From Paramecium tetraurelia (taxonomy: Eukaryota): a stretch of 63,704 nt of DNA. The stretch covers positions 186,001 to 249,704 of the forward strand of contig CT868019.1 of the NCBI GenBank assembly GCA_000165425.1. The letters run 5' to 3'. Of the stretch, positions 38,657-52,815 are shown piece by piece; within the stretch, counting starts at the first letter, position 1, and each line of letters starts with the position of its first letter. A program made the translations under genes and the position numbers. The notes under the pieces were generated by a model. That model was given only the letters and a program-made list of their open reading frames with translations, was not told the DNA's origin and made no database searches.

Positions 38657-39754
38657 TCACTTTTACATTTGGTCCTCATTATTCTAGACTCGACTATCTA
38701 CGTTCCAAATCTTGATGCATATATTCTCTCCTCTGCATCTACGATATCATTAATAGCATACAGTAATTTACTTTCAAGATCACACTTTTTTTACTTAATT
38801 TTATTATAATAAATCTTACTTTATGGAATTTTGGTTCCAATTGGATGAAACTTTTAATTCTTTATAAAAGTTGATATTGTGGATTTTCAGCAGCTTTGTG
38901 TCTAGATAGAAGTACAAAATAGAATTCTATCTAGTATTTATAAGATACTTATGGCTGCATCATATTCGATTATGAATTGTCCGAAATTGCTTTGTATACA
39001 GAAAACATGAGATGTTTTTTGCGTTGTTTCCAATAAAATATTTTCGATTCTGACTCTTTCTTCGATCCAAGTCTTATCATTACTGAAGCCCTTCCTTACA
39101 AACATTAGGAAATATTGTTTATTTTTGTCATACAACATAAAACCGCGGAAGACTTTCATGTATTATTCATCCAATAATTATTTGCTTGAAAAACTCTACA
39201 AATCATTGTTTTCACTCGATAGTGTTGTAGAAGTTAACATTTTTTGGTTTAGTTATTCCTATATATTGGGCTTTGAGCTTGACAATTTGGAAATGAAGCT
39301 ATTATTCAACTTTAATTGCTCTTCCTTTGTCTTTATTAAATTTTCTATTTTAAACTTTTCCATAGCTTCGAGTTCTTTTATTTTGAGCTGATTTTAAAAA
39401 CTTAAAGATTACATTTTTGTAGTTAGGGACCTCACATAAGTACGCATAGATCATAAGTAGAAGCTCCGCTTAAAATATGTCGTCTACAAATTCATGCGAT
39501 ACCAATATCAGTAATCGATCTAAGCATATTAATTAAATAATACTTGTAAAATAATCATATTTGCCTCTCACTTTTCCTAACAATGATTGAATGGAGAAGA
39601 CCTTCTCTTCCATTACATTTTATTCTCCAATCTAATGCTGAATCTCTTTTATGGTTTATTACCACAAAGGAGTTTATTCGATATCCCTTCTTAATATCAA
39701 ACAAATTTGGTTGAGCTCAAAATTAAAGATGGCAAATGCTCTGAAACAATGCAT
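38657..39754 (-). CDS. Hypothetical protein with two internal repeats, possibly longin-like (3' end uncertain)
   Basis: MHCFRAFAIFNF... and MKVFRGFMLYDK... begin similar beta/alpha units; several short introns. Confidence 0.6.
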
Positions 39755-39914
39755 GACTTTATGATATAATTTATTTCTTTTTTTTTTTAATCAAGAAGAT
39801 AAAATACTTTAATATCAATTTCAGATCAATATTATAATTTAAATCTATTCTTAATGTATTCATAGCTGAAAAACATATTTGTTTCAATTCTTATAATTAA
39901 TATTTTATATAAAA

Positions 39915-40184
39915 ATGATGTGCTTTTAATATAATGGAGGCAAAACTAGATGTCACCATGGAACAGTTGAACATTTGGTTGATGGAAAATGGGTTAAACA
40001 AGATAAAAAGAACAAATAGATAAAATAGGTTATTCGAGAGATTGATGAAGATTAAAATTAACAATAATTTAAAATTCAAAACTAAGGACAATAATAATAA
40101 AAACCAATATAACCAGATTAGCAAGAAAAGCCAGAGGATTTGCAGTAAAATAATCAACCATAACTTAATAAAGATTCATCATGA
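39915..40184 (+). CDS. Small Q-rich hypothetical protein (89 aa)
   Basis: MMCFQYNGGKTRCHHGTVEHLVDGKWVK followed by a Q-rich tail; clean ATG-TGA ORF. Confidence 0.6.
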
Positions 40185-40859
40185 CCATTCCTATGGATTA
40201 TATATAATAGATGCATTATATTATATTAATAATATTACAAATTATCTTTATAGATTTGGTTGGAAAACACATTTAATTTCTAAAACTCTTGTTATTCTAA
40301 CTAATATTTAGATACTAAAGAGATCTTATTAATTTTTATAAAAGTAATTTATTGTTAATTAAATGAGAGGGTTATATGTACTTTGGAAATGATATTTATG
40401 ATACAAAATTATTAATGGTAAATTGTTCAATTAAAGATAAGGAAAATCAATAAAATTAAGAAATATTTATGAAAATTAAATTAATGTGAGAGAAATAAAA
40501 AGAAGATGGATAACTATAAACAAAAATAATTAAACATAATGATAAGTATGGATCATTTAAATGTAATATAATAACATATAATATACAAAATCATCCTATA
40601 TTTAATTGTTTAGAATTTTTAGAGCATAAAAATTAGTTTAAATTTATATTTATCATTAAAATTTCAGTGAGTATTAGAGAAAATCAAATGAATGATTTTT
40701 CTTTAAAATTCGTAAGATTGCAAAATTATTAAAGGAGTTTAATACAAAAAAAGATTAAACTTGATACGTATGTATATATGTATTTGATTAATATATAATT
40801 ATTATACTAAAACATTTGAAGGTAAATTTTAATTATTTATATTACTAAAGTCTTAGTTC

Positions 40860-41278
40860 ATGAACGGAGAAGATTTCAGAAGCAAATTAAGGGAATTCCA
40901 TTTAAGAAGTAAAGAGTAAAGTTCACAGGAGTCTAGGGTAATTCTGGAGGATGAAAAAAAGATGAACAATGCTTGTTGCGTAAAACTTTATTTAGAAGAT
41001 CACACTATAGGTATGGTTTATATTAGATGTGTCTTTTAGGTAATTTGACTAGAATGAACCTATTAAAGTAAAAGGAAGTGACATTTTCTGGATATAGACA
41101 GATTCATCCACTTTAACATACTATAGAAATCAAGGTTCAGACAAATGGATCAATCAAACCTTATGATGCTATATAAAAAACATTTTAAGATTTGAGTGAT
41201 GAATTCAAAAATTTGGAAGAAGAATGGGCAAGAAAAGTTGCTGAAAAAGAGAAACATTAAATGAAATTAGAAATATGA
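40860..41278 (+). CDS. RPB11: RNA polymerase II subunit RPB11
   Basis: NACCVKLYLEDHTIGNLTRMNLL...FSGYRQIHPLQHTIEIKVQT; one intron. Confidence 0.9.
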
Positions 41279-41299
41279 ATAATATTATAAATAATATAC

Positions 41300-43053
41300 A
41301 TGTAATAATAGAATGTAATTTAAGATGGGCAATCTGTTGATGAAAACATTTCAAAACTCTATCAATTATTGGAGTTTAAAGGGAAGGGAGCTTACGGAGT
41401 TATTTGGAAAGCAATGGATCGATAGACCAAGAAAATAGTTGCTCTGAAAAAGGTTAATAAAAATAGGTATCATGAAGGTTTTTGATGCTTTTTCAAATGA
41501 TACTGACGCATAGAGAACCTATCGAGAAGTTATTTATCTATAATAATTGACGTAGCATGAGAACATTGTTAAATTGCTACAAATTCATAGAGCGATGAAT
41601 ATGAAGGACTTGTATATGATATTTGAATACGTGGAATCAGATCTCCACAAGGTATTAAAAGGAGTTATCTTAGGTCATAAGAGCGAACCTACTCGAAGGA
41701 TAACATCTGATATACATCCTCTACTAAATATTGAAATGCCTCAAGTACATTCATTCTGGAGGTTTGATCCATCGAGATTTGAAGCCATCCAACATTTTAA
41801 TAGATTCTGATTGTAGAATTAAGTTGGCTGATTTTGGATTGGCAAGATTGGCAACAGACATAGATGAATTTACTGTGATGACAGATTACGTTGCTACGAG
41901 GTGGTACCGTTCTCCCGAGATTCTTTTAGGGTCTCCTCTTTACAATAATTCAGTAGACATGTGGAGTGTAGGTTGTATATTAGGAGAAATGGTCCTAAGT
42001 AAATCTATCTTCACTGGTTAATCAACCTTGAATCAACTGGAGAAAATCGTAGAGGTTCTAGGCAAGCCTTCCTAAGAGGATTTAGTATAGATAAATGCCC
42101 CCATTGCGGAGAAAATATTTAGAGAGATATAGATGCCCAGAAGAAAGTCATTATTTACTTATATCAAATCTACGGATATTATCATCGATTTCATTAGCAA
42201 ATGTTTAACTTGGAATCCAAATAAAAGAATGACAGTTGATTAAGCACTCTAACACCCTTTATTGAATGATTTCAGAGGCACTGAAAGAGAGAATAATTAT
42301 CCATCCAAAATTACTATTGAGCTATCTGAGAATGTTAAATTGGATAAAAAGAAATATAGGGAAATCTTATACAAATTGGATGTAAATTATTAAAAATAGT
42401 AATATATCAAATAATTAAGTAATGAAGAACAAATTCCATCAGCTATCAAAAGCAAAAAGCTTTCAAATTAAATTCAATAAACTTATCAAAAATATCTAAA
42501 TAATGGAATCGACTCCAAATATTAAAGAGTCTCAAAGTCTACATCTAAGCCTAATCAATTTCATTAGAATTTTTAATCTTAAATGGATATTTAAAGTTAA
42601 ATTCTTTTAACCTAATCTATCTAACAACAAAATCAATAAATCATGAAATAAAAGATGCTATAAAATAGAATTAAGACACTCCCTGAAAACTATGTTGACA
42701 TCATTATCCCAACTGAGCAAAAAAGTCCAAATAGAGAACGCTATTTTTCTTAGATTAAAATTACCAATACTCAACCTCAAATCCCTCAATCCTCTACTCC
42801 CATCAGAAGCAAATCAATGAAGAATAGACTATATAATGAATCTGCTGATCATTGTGTGCAGCCAAAAGAAAATGACTCCAAAAAAAAGTTACTTACTGCA
42901 TATTTAAATCAAAAACCCAAAAGACCTGTTCTCTATAATTTTAAAAAGACGATTATTCGGAATAAACTCAACACGGATCAACTACTCAATAAAAAACATC
43001 TTGGCCACTTAAATAATATGGATACTTCAAATCTGGTCTCAATTGCTAAATGA
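41300..43053 (+). CDS. MAPK15: MAP kinase, ERK7/ERK8 (MAPK15)-like, with long C-terminal tail
   Basis: [39 protein letters not shown], activation loop [19 protein letters not shown]. Confidence 0.88.
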
Positions 43054-43152
43054 TATATACATTTTTGGAAATTAATTATGCATATAATTATTAAAAACTT
43101 ACTGCTTTATTAAGTGTTTATATTATAAACTATTTAAAATTAATTTGATTTC

Positions 43153-46100
43153 ATGGATATCCGAAACCCCACTAATAAAAAACCCTAGTTAGCAATACTG
43201 CATACTAAAAATCTAAGCAAACAATTTTCAATGAAATCAGAGAAAAGAATTAAAACAACTACATCGGATTCTAATAGATCTGTAGATACAAAAAAAATCT
43301 TAACTGATTTCTATGACTCATGTAAGCGAAGAAAAAGTATTTAACATAAACTAATTAGTTACTTCCTAATTTATACACGAAAGAAATAAATCCTAATAGC
43401 ATTAAAATGAATCACTCTTTTAGTCTATTGATAGTTGGCGTTCTTTTCGACAGCAGGCATCTACTTCTCATGTCTCTCCTCCAAATAAATTCTTTCTATT
43501 TAACACATGTGAAAAAGTGCTTTGTTAGAAAAGTAATGGGTCTAAAAGAATTTAAACCCAGTATGCTGAAAAGCTTTTCTTATAGCAATTGAATTCAAAT
43601 AACAAGCAGGATTTATTATTGAAAATTGAACAGTATATCCGAGATTATTTTACTGATGAATGTAGAGAGATGGCTAATTTATTTGACACTTTTATGAGGG
43701 AACTTAATTCATAAATTTCGGATTAAAAATTCTAATTAACATTGCATGAAAAGTAACTTGAAATTCAAAAGTTAGATGAGATTATCAAAATGAATACTAA
43801 TCACACTTGGGCGCATCAGGACATGGAAAGATAATTAAAGTAATTATAATCTTAACATTGCGAATAATTGAATTTGATTGCAAAGTATGAAAACGAAAAC
43901 AAAGACTTGTAGTTAAGGAATAATCAATTGAAGTAGCAATTAGATATAAAACAAAAAGAGATAGTTTTGAAAAATAAAAAAATAAAAGAATTAGGTTATG
44001 AAGTATTATAATTGTAAAGAAAATTAGAATATGTTGAAAATAAAGTCTAGAAGGATCATCGATAATCAATTTAATAAATAAGGTATTCAATGTTTTAGAG
44101 TTAATAAATTGGTTCAAATTCAAATTTAAGCTAAACTGGCAATAATAATAATAATTAGCCTAATAAATTTACTCCTCTTATTGAGGAATTAGTTGAGGAT
44201 TCTTCTCCTTCTTTAACCGAATAAGAAGATGAAGAAGAGAAAGAACTTAATCAAATTGAATTTAATACTGAAAGAATAGTGGAAACAAGAGAGAAAGAAT
44301 CATAGGTTGAGTACGATATCATAAAAAACTATACAAAAGAATAAGACACTTAAACTTGCTTAAAATTAGCAGAGAGAAAATTTGATGATTTGACATAAGA
44401 TCTTTGCGAGCAAGCTCTTAATTTCATAGACTTTTTAAATGTTCATTAAGATAAAGTAGAAATTGATATGAATTAAGTAAATGCTAATTTAAGTAATATT
44501 AATCTGGAAAAGGTTTCAGATGAAGAAATTGTGAAATATTTTGATCAATAAGCACTCTTATAATCTAATTTATAATTATCTACAGCTTCTTAAAATCATT
44601 CATAATTAGTTAGGCAACCTTCAGTTAGAGGAAATATGAAAAGGACTTCTATGATACTTGATAGACCATCAATCTAGAGCTAATAATAATTGCCGAATTA
44701 AATAAAGATGAAATCTATGATTACGTTTATAAAAATGTAAGGCAGTAAGATGAAACAATTAGAAACATAGTTAAAAGAAGGAATATAAGAAATCGAAGGA
44801 TTAAAATAGGTTAATAATAATTTGGAAGTACATAATAAAGAAATGAAAGAATAAAATTCTAAATTGCTAGATTAAATTACTAATCTGCATGTTAAAGTTA
44901 ATGATCTAGAAAATTAGATTATGTCTGATGCAATGGATTTAAACTAGGTATTGTCTTAACAGGAAAAAAGACCTCCAAATATTAAATAAAACACTTTTGT
45001 TTAGAGAAAGACCAAAAAAGCAGCTCCTCATTTAGGATAAAAAGTATATTTAATTTATAAGTTAGATTACAATTAGTTATGATTTTCAGAAGAATCAATC
45101 AAAATTGCTTATTGATAAAATTAAATCAAAAAGCATGGGAAAGTTCTCAAATTATTTACCATTAAAACTTGTTTTAAAAATGATAACTACGTTTTATTTT
45201 GAAAAAATCTCAAACCAAAAAGAAAATAAATAGTTGAGAGATTAAGATATGGCATCATATATTTATAACTATTATTTGTAATAGTTTGGATATACGAAAG
45301 TCACAGAATAAAGATTCATGATACTTGTTTTGTCGGTTAAAAAGTATATTTCAATAGTTAGAGTTAATTTGTTTGCTAAATTTATGAATCTATTAGAAGA
45401 AAAGAGTAATTACAGAGTAGAAGAACTCTAAAGATATTTGGAAGCACTAGAATATGTTTCAAATATTTAGAATTTGGGTATAGCAATAAAAGACAATGAA
45501 TAAGAGCAGAAACACTATATTCCATATGTTAGAGCTTTAGCATATTTGGGTCAGCTATAAAATTTTAATTTTACTTAAGAGGAACTTAACTATTTGAAAT
45601 TGGAATTGGAAAATCAAAAGGAAACTGACCCAAAAAATATGAATAAAGCTGGAATAATAGATTTTGACCTATTAATGATTAGAGTGTTGACAATTTTCAG
45701 GAACAATGTCGAAAAAACAAAACTTTATGTTATTAATGCTTTTGCAGCATGTGATCTCGATGGAAATGGGATGTGTAACATTGATGAATGGTTGCTTTTG
45801 ATTAGACACATAGAGCCTGAGAAATTTGATGAGGATAAATTTATTGATATATTCGAAGAGTTTGCAGATTTAGTAGAAGAGGATGAGAAAAATCTATCTT
45901 TTGACAGATTTTCAATTTTGTGCATGGAACATGAGTTGTTTAGTGATGCACAATAGAATAAATTCTTAAGAGTCAAAAGTATGACATAATTATAATAAAT
46001 AGGTAACTAAGAAGCTGATTAAAAATTGGAATAGATTAAATAAAATTGGGGTTAGATGTATATGGAACAATTAAAGAGACTTAATGAAATAAAAATGGAA

Positions 46101-46223
46101 GAGAACGAAAAGTAGAAATGGCAAAAGATTCTGGGGGTGCTTGATAAAAAATTATCAGATCAACATAGTAGTAAAAAACCTTTATTGATTGCCTATAAGA
46201 TATTTTTGGAAGAATCCAAATGA
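43153..46223 (+). CDS. Coiled-coil protein with C-terminal EF-hand region (tandem paralog A)
   Basis: Long coiled coil; YIYNYYLQQFGYTKVTEQRF; EF loop DLDGNGMCNIDEW; three short introns. Confidence 0.85.
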
Positions 46224-46330
46224 CACTCACGTACTGTATATATATATAAATTTGAATCATTCTCAAACATATTGAGTAAAATTTATTAATATTCCAGTTA
46301 TTATAATCAGATCAAAAGTAAATAATCAAT

Positions 46331-49300
46331 ATGGATGCTTAAAGACCAATGACTACTCCTTCTAAATCTATTTTCTCTGATTATTTAAAAAGATAGAGTC
46401 AAAGCTAAAGCAGATCACATTTCAGAACTTTGGGAGAATCTAAGAATGAAGAAGCCAATAAAATATTATCAGATTTCATTGAACAAAGCAAGCAAAGACA
46501 ATGTAAGAGCAATAAAAATTTTAGAAACTAGTTAATTCTTAAATTCTCGATAGAGAACTTCTTAAGAAATGCTATAAAGTATTGTGTCTCATTAATCATC
46601 TACAAATAAATTTTATGTGCCATTTCAATCTGACTTTGCTAAAAGAAAAAATAATTCCTTAAGTAGTTTTGAAAAAGTTGGATCCTCTTCTAGAATTGGC
46701 AATAGGAGACAGCAAATTCAATAGACCGAGCAATTCTTCCAATCCTAAATCACGCCTTCAAATAGACAGGAATATCTAGACAAAATGGAAGATTTCATTA
46801 CAGAAATCTTAACGGAAGAATTCAAGGAAATATCTTCTTTGTTTACTACTTTTATGAAATAGTATTAACTCTACATTGATGATTATTAATTATAGTTGTC
46901 TATTAAAGAAAAGCAACTTGAATTAGAGAACCTTACAGAATTTGAGAGAATGAATAGCAAATATTCTAAAACAAGTCAATAATATGAAAACTAAATTAAG
47001 TCACTCAATTATAATGTAGAACAATATAACATTGATATTCATAAATTGAAATCTGAGATCTAAGATCAAGGACGTAAATATAAAGAACTTCGCTAGAGAT
47101 TCGAGTTAAAACAAAGAGAAATAGACATTAAAAATAAAAAGATTAAATCATTAGAATGTGATATTCAATCTTAGTAAAAGAAGATCTAATATTATGAAAA
47201 TAAGTTGCAATAAACATTTGGAAAAGATTAAATGACAGATATCAAGCAATCCTATCAAGACACCTTCTAAAGGAAGAACAGTACCTCTAATTTAAACATA
47301 TAAACCTATAGTTAACAGACTCCAAGTAATAACCTGATTCCCTTGAGAACGAGTGTAAAAAAGGTAAGTATTGTTAGTATCTTAAACTCTCCAATAAACC
47401 AACCTCCGGATTTATTGAAAAAGAAATCAACAACCCAGAAGTCTGATTCAAGCATTGAATAATTAGAAGAAGAAGTTGAAGAGTAAGATAAATTGAATTA
47501 AATTGAATTGAATTATGATAGAATTATTGAGTATAGAACATCAGAAGCCTAAGTAGAGTACGATTTATAAGAAATGTATTGTAAATCAATTGAAGTCTAA
47601 ACTGAATTGACTATGATAGGATAAAACTACGATTCATTAAAATAAGAAAACATTGAAAATGCTTTAAAATACACTGAATTTATCAAAGAAGTTAATAATA
47701 AAGGAGAAAATTAATAGGATTAAAATTTTGACAAAATGTTTGATTAATTGTTGAAGGATGCAGAAGATGTGAATGCCTAAAATGGCGTATAGATTGTATC
47801 GAATACTCAAACTCAGGTTCAAAGCAGCAAAAGGCTATCGATGTATGGAACATCAAAAGATTCCATTAACTTAGATGATAATTCATAATTGCAATAAAAA
47901 AATAAACAGAAGAAGGAATAGTAAATAAAGCAATTATATTCATTTTTCAATTACTCTAAAAGTAGATTAGTTGAATTAACTGACGATAATGATTAAAAGA
48001 AAATAACTATAGTTTCACTGTAATTTTAAAACGAAAACCTATCTAACCAAATTAAACAGTTATAAGAAGAAATTCACAAATTGAAACTATAAGCTATAGA
48101 TGATCGAATTTTAATTTAAGATTTAAAAACGAAACAAGAACATGCAACCGTTGTCCAACACACTAATGCAGAATAAAATCTGATCACTTCTTAACCATTA
48201 TCATAATAAAATGAACATAAATAGTAAAAACAGTAATAATAACCCAAAAAAGGAGTCAAAAATAGAATACCTTAATTAGGTTAGAAGGTAATAGATATTT
48301 CATTTTTTAGGTAACTATTTCCTATGACTTTTAAAAAAATTAGTCCAAATAATTAATAGACAAGATCAAGACCAAAAATATGACAAAGTTCACTAATTTT
48401 CTACCTCTGAAAGCAGTATTAAAATATATTACCACATTATATTTTGACAAAATTCATAATTAAAAAGAATAAAAATAATTAAAAGATTAGGATATGTCAG
48501 CATTTATATACAATTACTATATGTAACAATTTGGTTACACTAAAGTTACAGAACAGCGTTTCATGATTTTAGTTCTCTCTATTAAGAAGAATGTAAAATT
48601 AGTAAGAGCCAATGTCTTTGCTAAGTTTATGGGGTTATTTGAGGAAAATTAAAATTATAGTGCAAATGAGTAACAAAGATATTTAGAGGCTTTGGAGTAT
48701 GTAACCAATTAATAGAATTTGGGGATTACCATAAAAGACAATGAATCAGAATCTAGATATTTCATTCCTTATGTTAGAGCATTGTCCTATTTATCATAAC
48801 TTTAATAATATAACTTTTCTCAAGAAGAGTTCAATTATCTAAAATCAGAGTTTGAGGAGCTGAAAGAAAATGATCCAAAAGGGCAGAATAAATTGGGAAT
48901 TATAGACTTCGATTTAATGATGATAAGAGTATTGTAAATATTTAGGAATAATGTTGAGAAAACTAAAGCATATGTCATAAATGCATTTGCTGCAAGTGAT
49001 TTGGATGGAAATGGAATGTGTAACATTGATGAATGGCTATTATTGAATAGACACATTGAAGGAGAGAAATATGATGAGGACAAATTGATTGATGCATTTG
49101 AAGAAAATGCTGATTTAATAGTAGAAGAAGAGAAAAATTTATCCTTTGAAACCTTTTCAATCTTATGCATGAGTTTAGAATTATTTAGTGATGCTGCTTA
49201 AAATAAATTCCTAAAAGTACGAAGTATGTTATATAAGTAATTTTAGACAACTAAGATGTATTAGTTAGATTTTAATAAGTATAGACTGTCTGGACTGAAG

Positions 49301-49467
49301 AGTATACAAAATGCTTATAAAAATTGAGTGCATCTGAAATAGAAGAACAGGAAAAACAAAAATGGGGAACCATATTGAATGTTCTTAATGACAAAATATT
49401 ATCCAATCCAGAATAAGTAAAACCACTCTTAATTGCTCATAAAATTTTTATCGAAGAGATCAAATGA
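46331..49467 (+). CDS. Coiled-coil protein with C-terminal EF-hand region (tandem paralog B)
   Basis: Same architecture and intron positions as paralog A; FIYNYYMQQFGYTKVTEQRF; DLDGNGMCNIDEW. Confidence 0.85.
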
Positions 49468-49496
49468 ATATCGAATTTTTATTTTATAATTAAATA

Positions 49497-50139
49497 ATGT
49501 TTAATAAACCACAGTCAAATTATTTAACCTTAGATTTCAAAAAGGTTAAAATTAAAGATGTGCAGACTTCCTAGCCCCAGACTCATCGAATTAATACATC
49601 AAGAACTATCTTGAGAAAGCTCAGAATGGATGGGTACTATTCTATAATTTAGTTTTAGATGCTAAACAGATAGAGATAAGAATTCGTATCAGGAGGTCAC
49701 TAATTACGCTCAAGAGAAGTTGATTTACAAATAAGAGTTTGAGGATGAAAGAAAGAAAAAGCTCGAATAATTGAGATGTGAAGTGGAAGAATTAAAGTTG
49801 GATTACGTATAAAAATAAAAGGAACTTATTCAAAGTAGGAAATAAGTAAACAATGCTCTCAAGGGTCTAGTCAATTCACACACAAAATATAAAGATTATC
49901 AAATTGGGGATGTTAAACTCTATCAATAATATTATCGTTGTAAGACAGATACTCCCTTTCATCTAAAAAATACCATTTATGATGCTTAGAAATATTAAAA
50001 CTATTACGGTAAATTGTAAAAAGCCAATTTAAAACTTAATCATCAAGTTCAATTTGCTATGATTCAATATCGTAAACAACTAGAAGAATCTCAGTAAAGA
50101 ATTCCAAACTTTTTAAAATCTATCCAATAAGTTTTGTGA
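49497..50139 (+). CDS. Hypothetical coiled-coil protein
   Basis: Ciliate-code ORF with one short intron near 49634-49658. Confidence 0.7.
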
Positions 50140-50332
50140 ATGATTATTTTACACACTAAATATGTTTTGAATATGTGTTTAAACTATTTAATGAATATAA
50201 ATGGTGTTTATTTTGTCATTAGTTACTAATATTCTGGTGCAAAATTAAACTATTTAGGTTGAATATTTTTATTATTAAATTTCTTACACCACATGAGTGG
50301 GATACAATATCTTCAAAAAATTTAATTAATTT

Positions 50333-51793
50333 ATGAAATATATTAAAAAACTAATCCTAACATTTGAGAGTAAGAGTTTAGAACAACAATATTAGTTGGA
50401 AAAAAAAAACTAAATCTAGCTACCTATTTTCATATTTACAATTACACTCTCTTTTATTTCAAACTTTGTTGTTCTTGGATTCCATTTTTTCAATTCAAAG
50501 ATTGAGACATGGTACTTGAATATTGCATTTAGCATTACAACTTTACTCCTATTCATATTTATTGTAATTATGAAAAAACATTAGTATCTATAAGATGCAA
50601 TTACTCTATCAAATCTCATTTTGGGTTTTTTAGAATTCAATGTAGACCCTGCAACATCCAATTATATTGAATTTTACTCTTATGGAAATACATTTATGCA
50701 GTTATAAGCAGTTTTATATATCGTGTCTAATTTTAATCACGCAACCCTTCAAGTCATTTTTCATTTTGTTTTGCGCATAGCCATAACAATACTTTTATCA
50801 AAACGGACAGATTACCTATTAATCTTTATAGGCTTAACAAGTAGTGTTATAATACTGGTGACAATATTCTACAAAGAAAAGAGCTCAAGAAAATTGTTTA
50901 TATAAAATTTGAAGGAAAATAATTGGGAAAATAACATTTCATTTATTATCCAAAAACCGTATTTTAGAATTAATTATTAATAAGAATAGTTACTATTTAA
51001 TTTAATAAAAGATAATAAAATTGAATAATTTCCAGGTTACGATAATTTTTATTGTGATGGATGTAATGTAAGAAAGCTATTAAGATGCTATTTTATCGAT
51101 AAAAACTTAACATTAGAAGAATATTTGAGAAATTAGAAAAATCATATTTCTTAAAAACTTATTTTAACTTTTAAAAAACGAAAATTTATACTAAAATTAT
51201 GTACTTTGGATATTCAATAAATTCAATACTTGTTTATTCTTGATGAAATCAGCATTTAATTTAAAAAAGAAGAAGACAAAAAAGTAAAATAAAATGATTT
51301 GATTGAATTTCTAAGATCAAATAAAGCATTTAGTTATTAGCATTTTTTCAATTGGGGAGCACAATCGCTATTATTTTTAAACTCTAAGATTATCAAAAAA
51401 ATAAATTTATAAGAGTTAATGATTTAGCTCCTCCATATATTTAAATAGCATGTATTTCATTAAATCTAAGTTAAAATTATTACTTATGATTAGAACACTT
51501 CTATTTATACATTCTATTATTAAATTAAAATATTTATGATGTAGCTTTTTGAAGTACTATCAATGATTCAAAGAAATAATAATCTATAAAACTAAATCAT
51601 TCTCAAAAGAAAGGGATGTGATATTTTAATTAAAATTACTAATTTAGATCTTGAAACTTTCGAGTAAATGTTTGAAAAAAATTTCTTTTTAAAAAATCTT
51701 TAAACCTTATTGCTCCATGAAATTGAGATATATGAAGGAATATAATTGCATTTTCGAAACTATCCGATAAAATCATTTGCATTTGATATTTGA
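50333..51793 (+). CDS. Multi-pass membrane protein of an expanded ciliate family
   Basis: LILTFESKSLEQQYQ then about 6 TM helices and a soluble C-terminal half; related to the gene at 1-477. Confidence 0.78.
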
Positions 51794-52103
51794 CTTTATG
51801 TTTATTCTTTTTATTAAAAAAATTGAATTTAAATTATTCAGCAATCCATTTAAATCTGAATCTTTGAATTTCTTAAAGTTTTTTTTTTAAATCATAATAA
51901 AACAAATAATCTTATAGAAATTTATACACCATACTTTTTTATAGCATAAATTAAAAATTATTAATTACTTAGCTAAATAATAATCACAAGACGAACAATT
52001 ACACAAAAGTGTTTACAGTTATTATTTAAATCTAAAAAGTACGCATTATTCACATTTGATTCTAAATAATTATCTATTACTAAAATTCAATCTATATAAT
52101 GCT

Positions 52104-52635
52104 ATGAATTTAATGATTAAATAATCAAAATGTACTGGTAAGTACAAGCGATTAAATAGGTAGCTGTTGGAAAGTGAAATGGTCTTAAATAAAAAAATGT
52201 GAATTTTTTTAAAGTCCATTTTAACCAATTACTAAAGATTAAGAATTTCATTAATTAGTCTAAGAGTTGAAAAAACTTAATTTGAAAAAGGTCTAATATC
52301 ATTATGCAACTGGGTAGCTTCTTAATACTTAATTAACAAAATTTGACAAACCTGTTTTATGCAAGTTGAGTAAAAACCTATTTGAGCAACAGATTAATTA
52401 TTTTTTTTCAATTGGTTCAATTTTATACTCACCACTTTTCAATAAGAAAACTTAGTATTAATTATTGATGTTACTTCATTAAGCCAAAAATTGGAATGCT
52501 TAGATTGAAGTTAAAACATCATAAAATTAAGCTACTTTAATTACAAGAATGTAGCCATAATTCTTATTTTGTTTCGGCCTATTATAAAAATTATATTACA
52601 AGCCTTAATTTATAATTATTCAAAGATTAAATTGA
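52104..52635 (+). CDS. Hypothetical protein
   Basis: Frame is maintained across two plausible introns (gtaagt...aatag near 52138 and gtatta...ttaag near 52455). Confidence 0.45.
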
Positions 52636-52734
52636 AAATAATCAATAATAATTAAATTATTTTTGAAGAGAAATCGATTTTTCGTTAACTTACAAATGAT
52701 ATTAATATTTAAGGTAATATATTCTGTTTATTTC

Positions 52735-52748
52735 TGGCCACGTCAGCA
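52735..52748. promoter_or_regulatory. UPRE/G-box-like bZIP binding site (TGCTGACGTGGCCA on the minus strand)
   Basis: Isolated GC-rich TGGCCACGTCAGCA in an AT-rich spacer about 70 nt upstream of the bZIP ATG; contains TGACGTGG. Confidence 0.6.
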
Positions 52749-52815
52749 AAATTATATATTAGTACATATTCATTCATTTTTGTTAGAATATTAAGTTTAA
52801 CTAAAACTTAAATAA

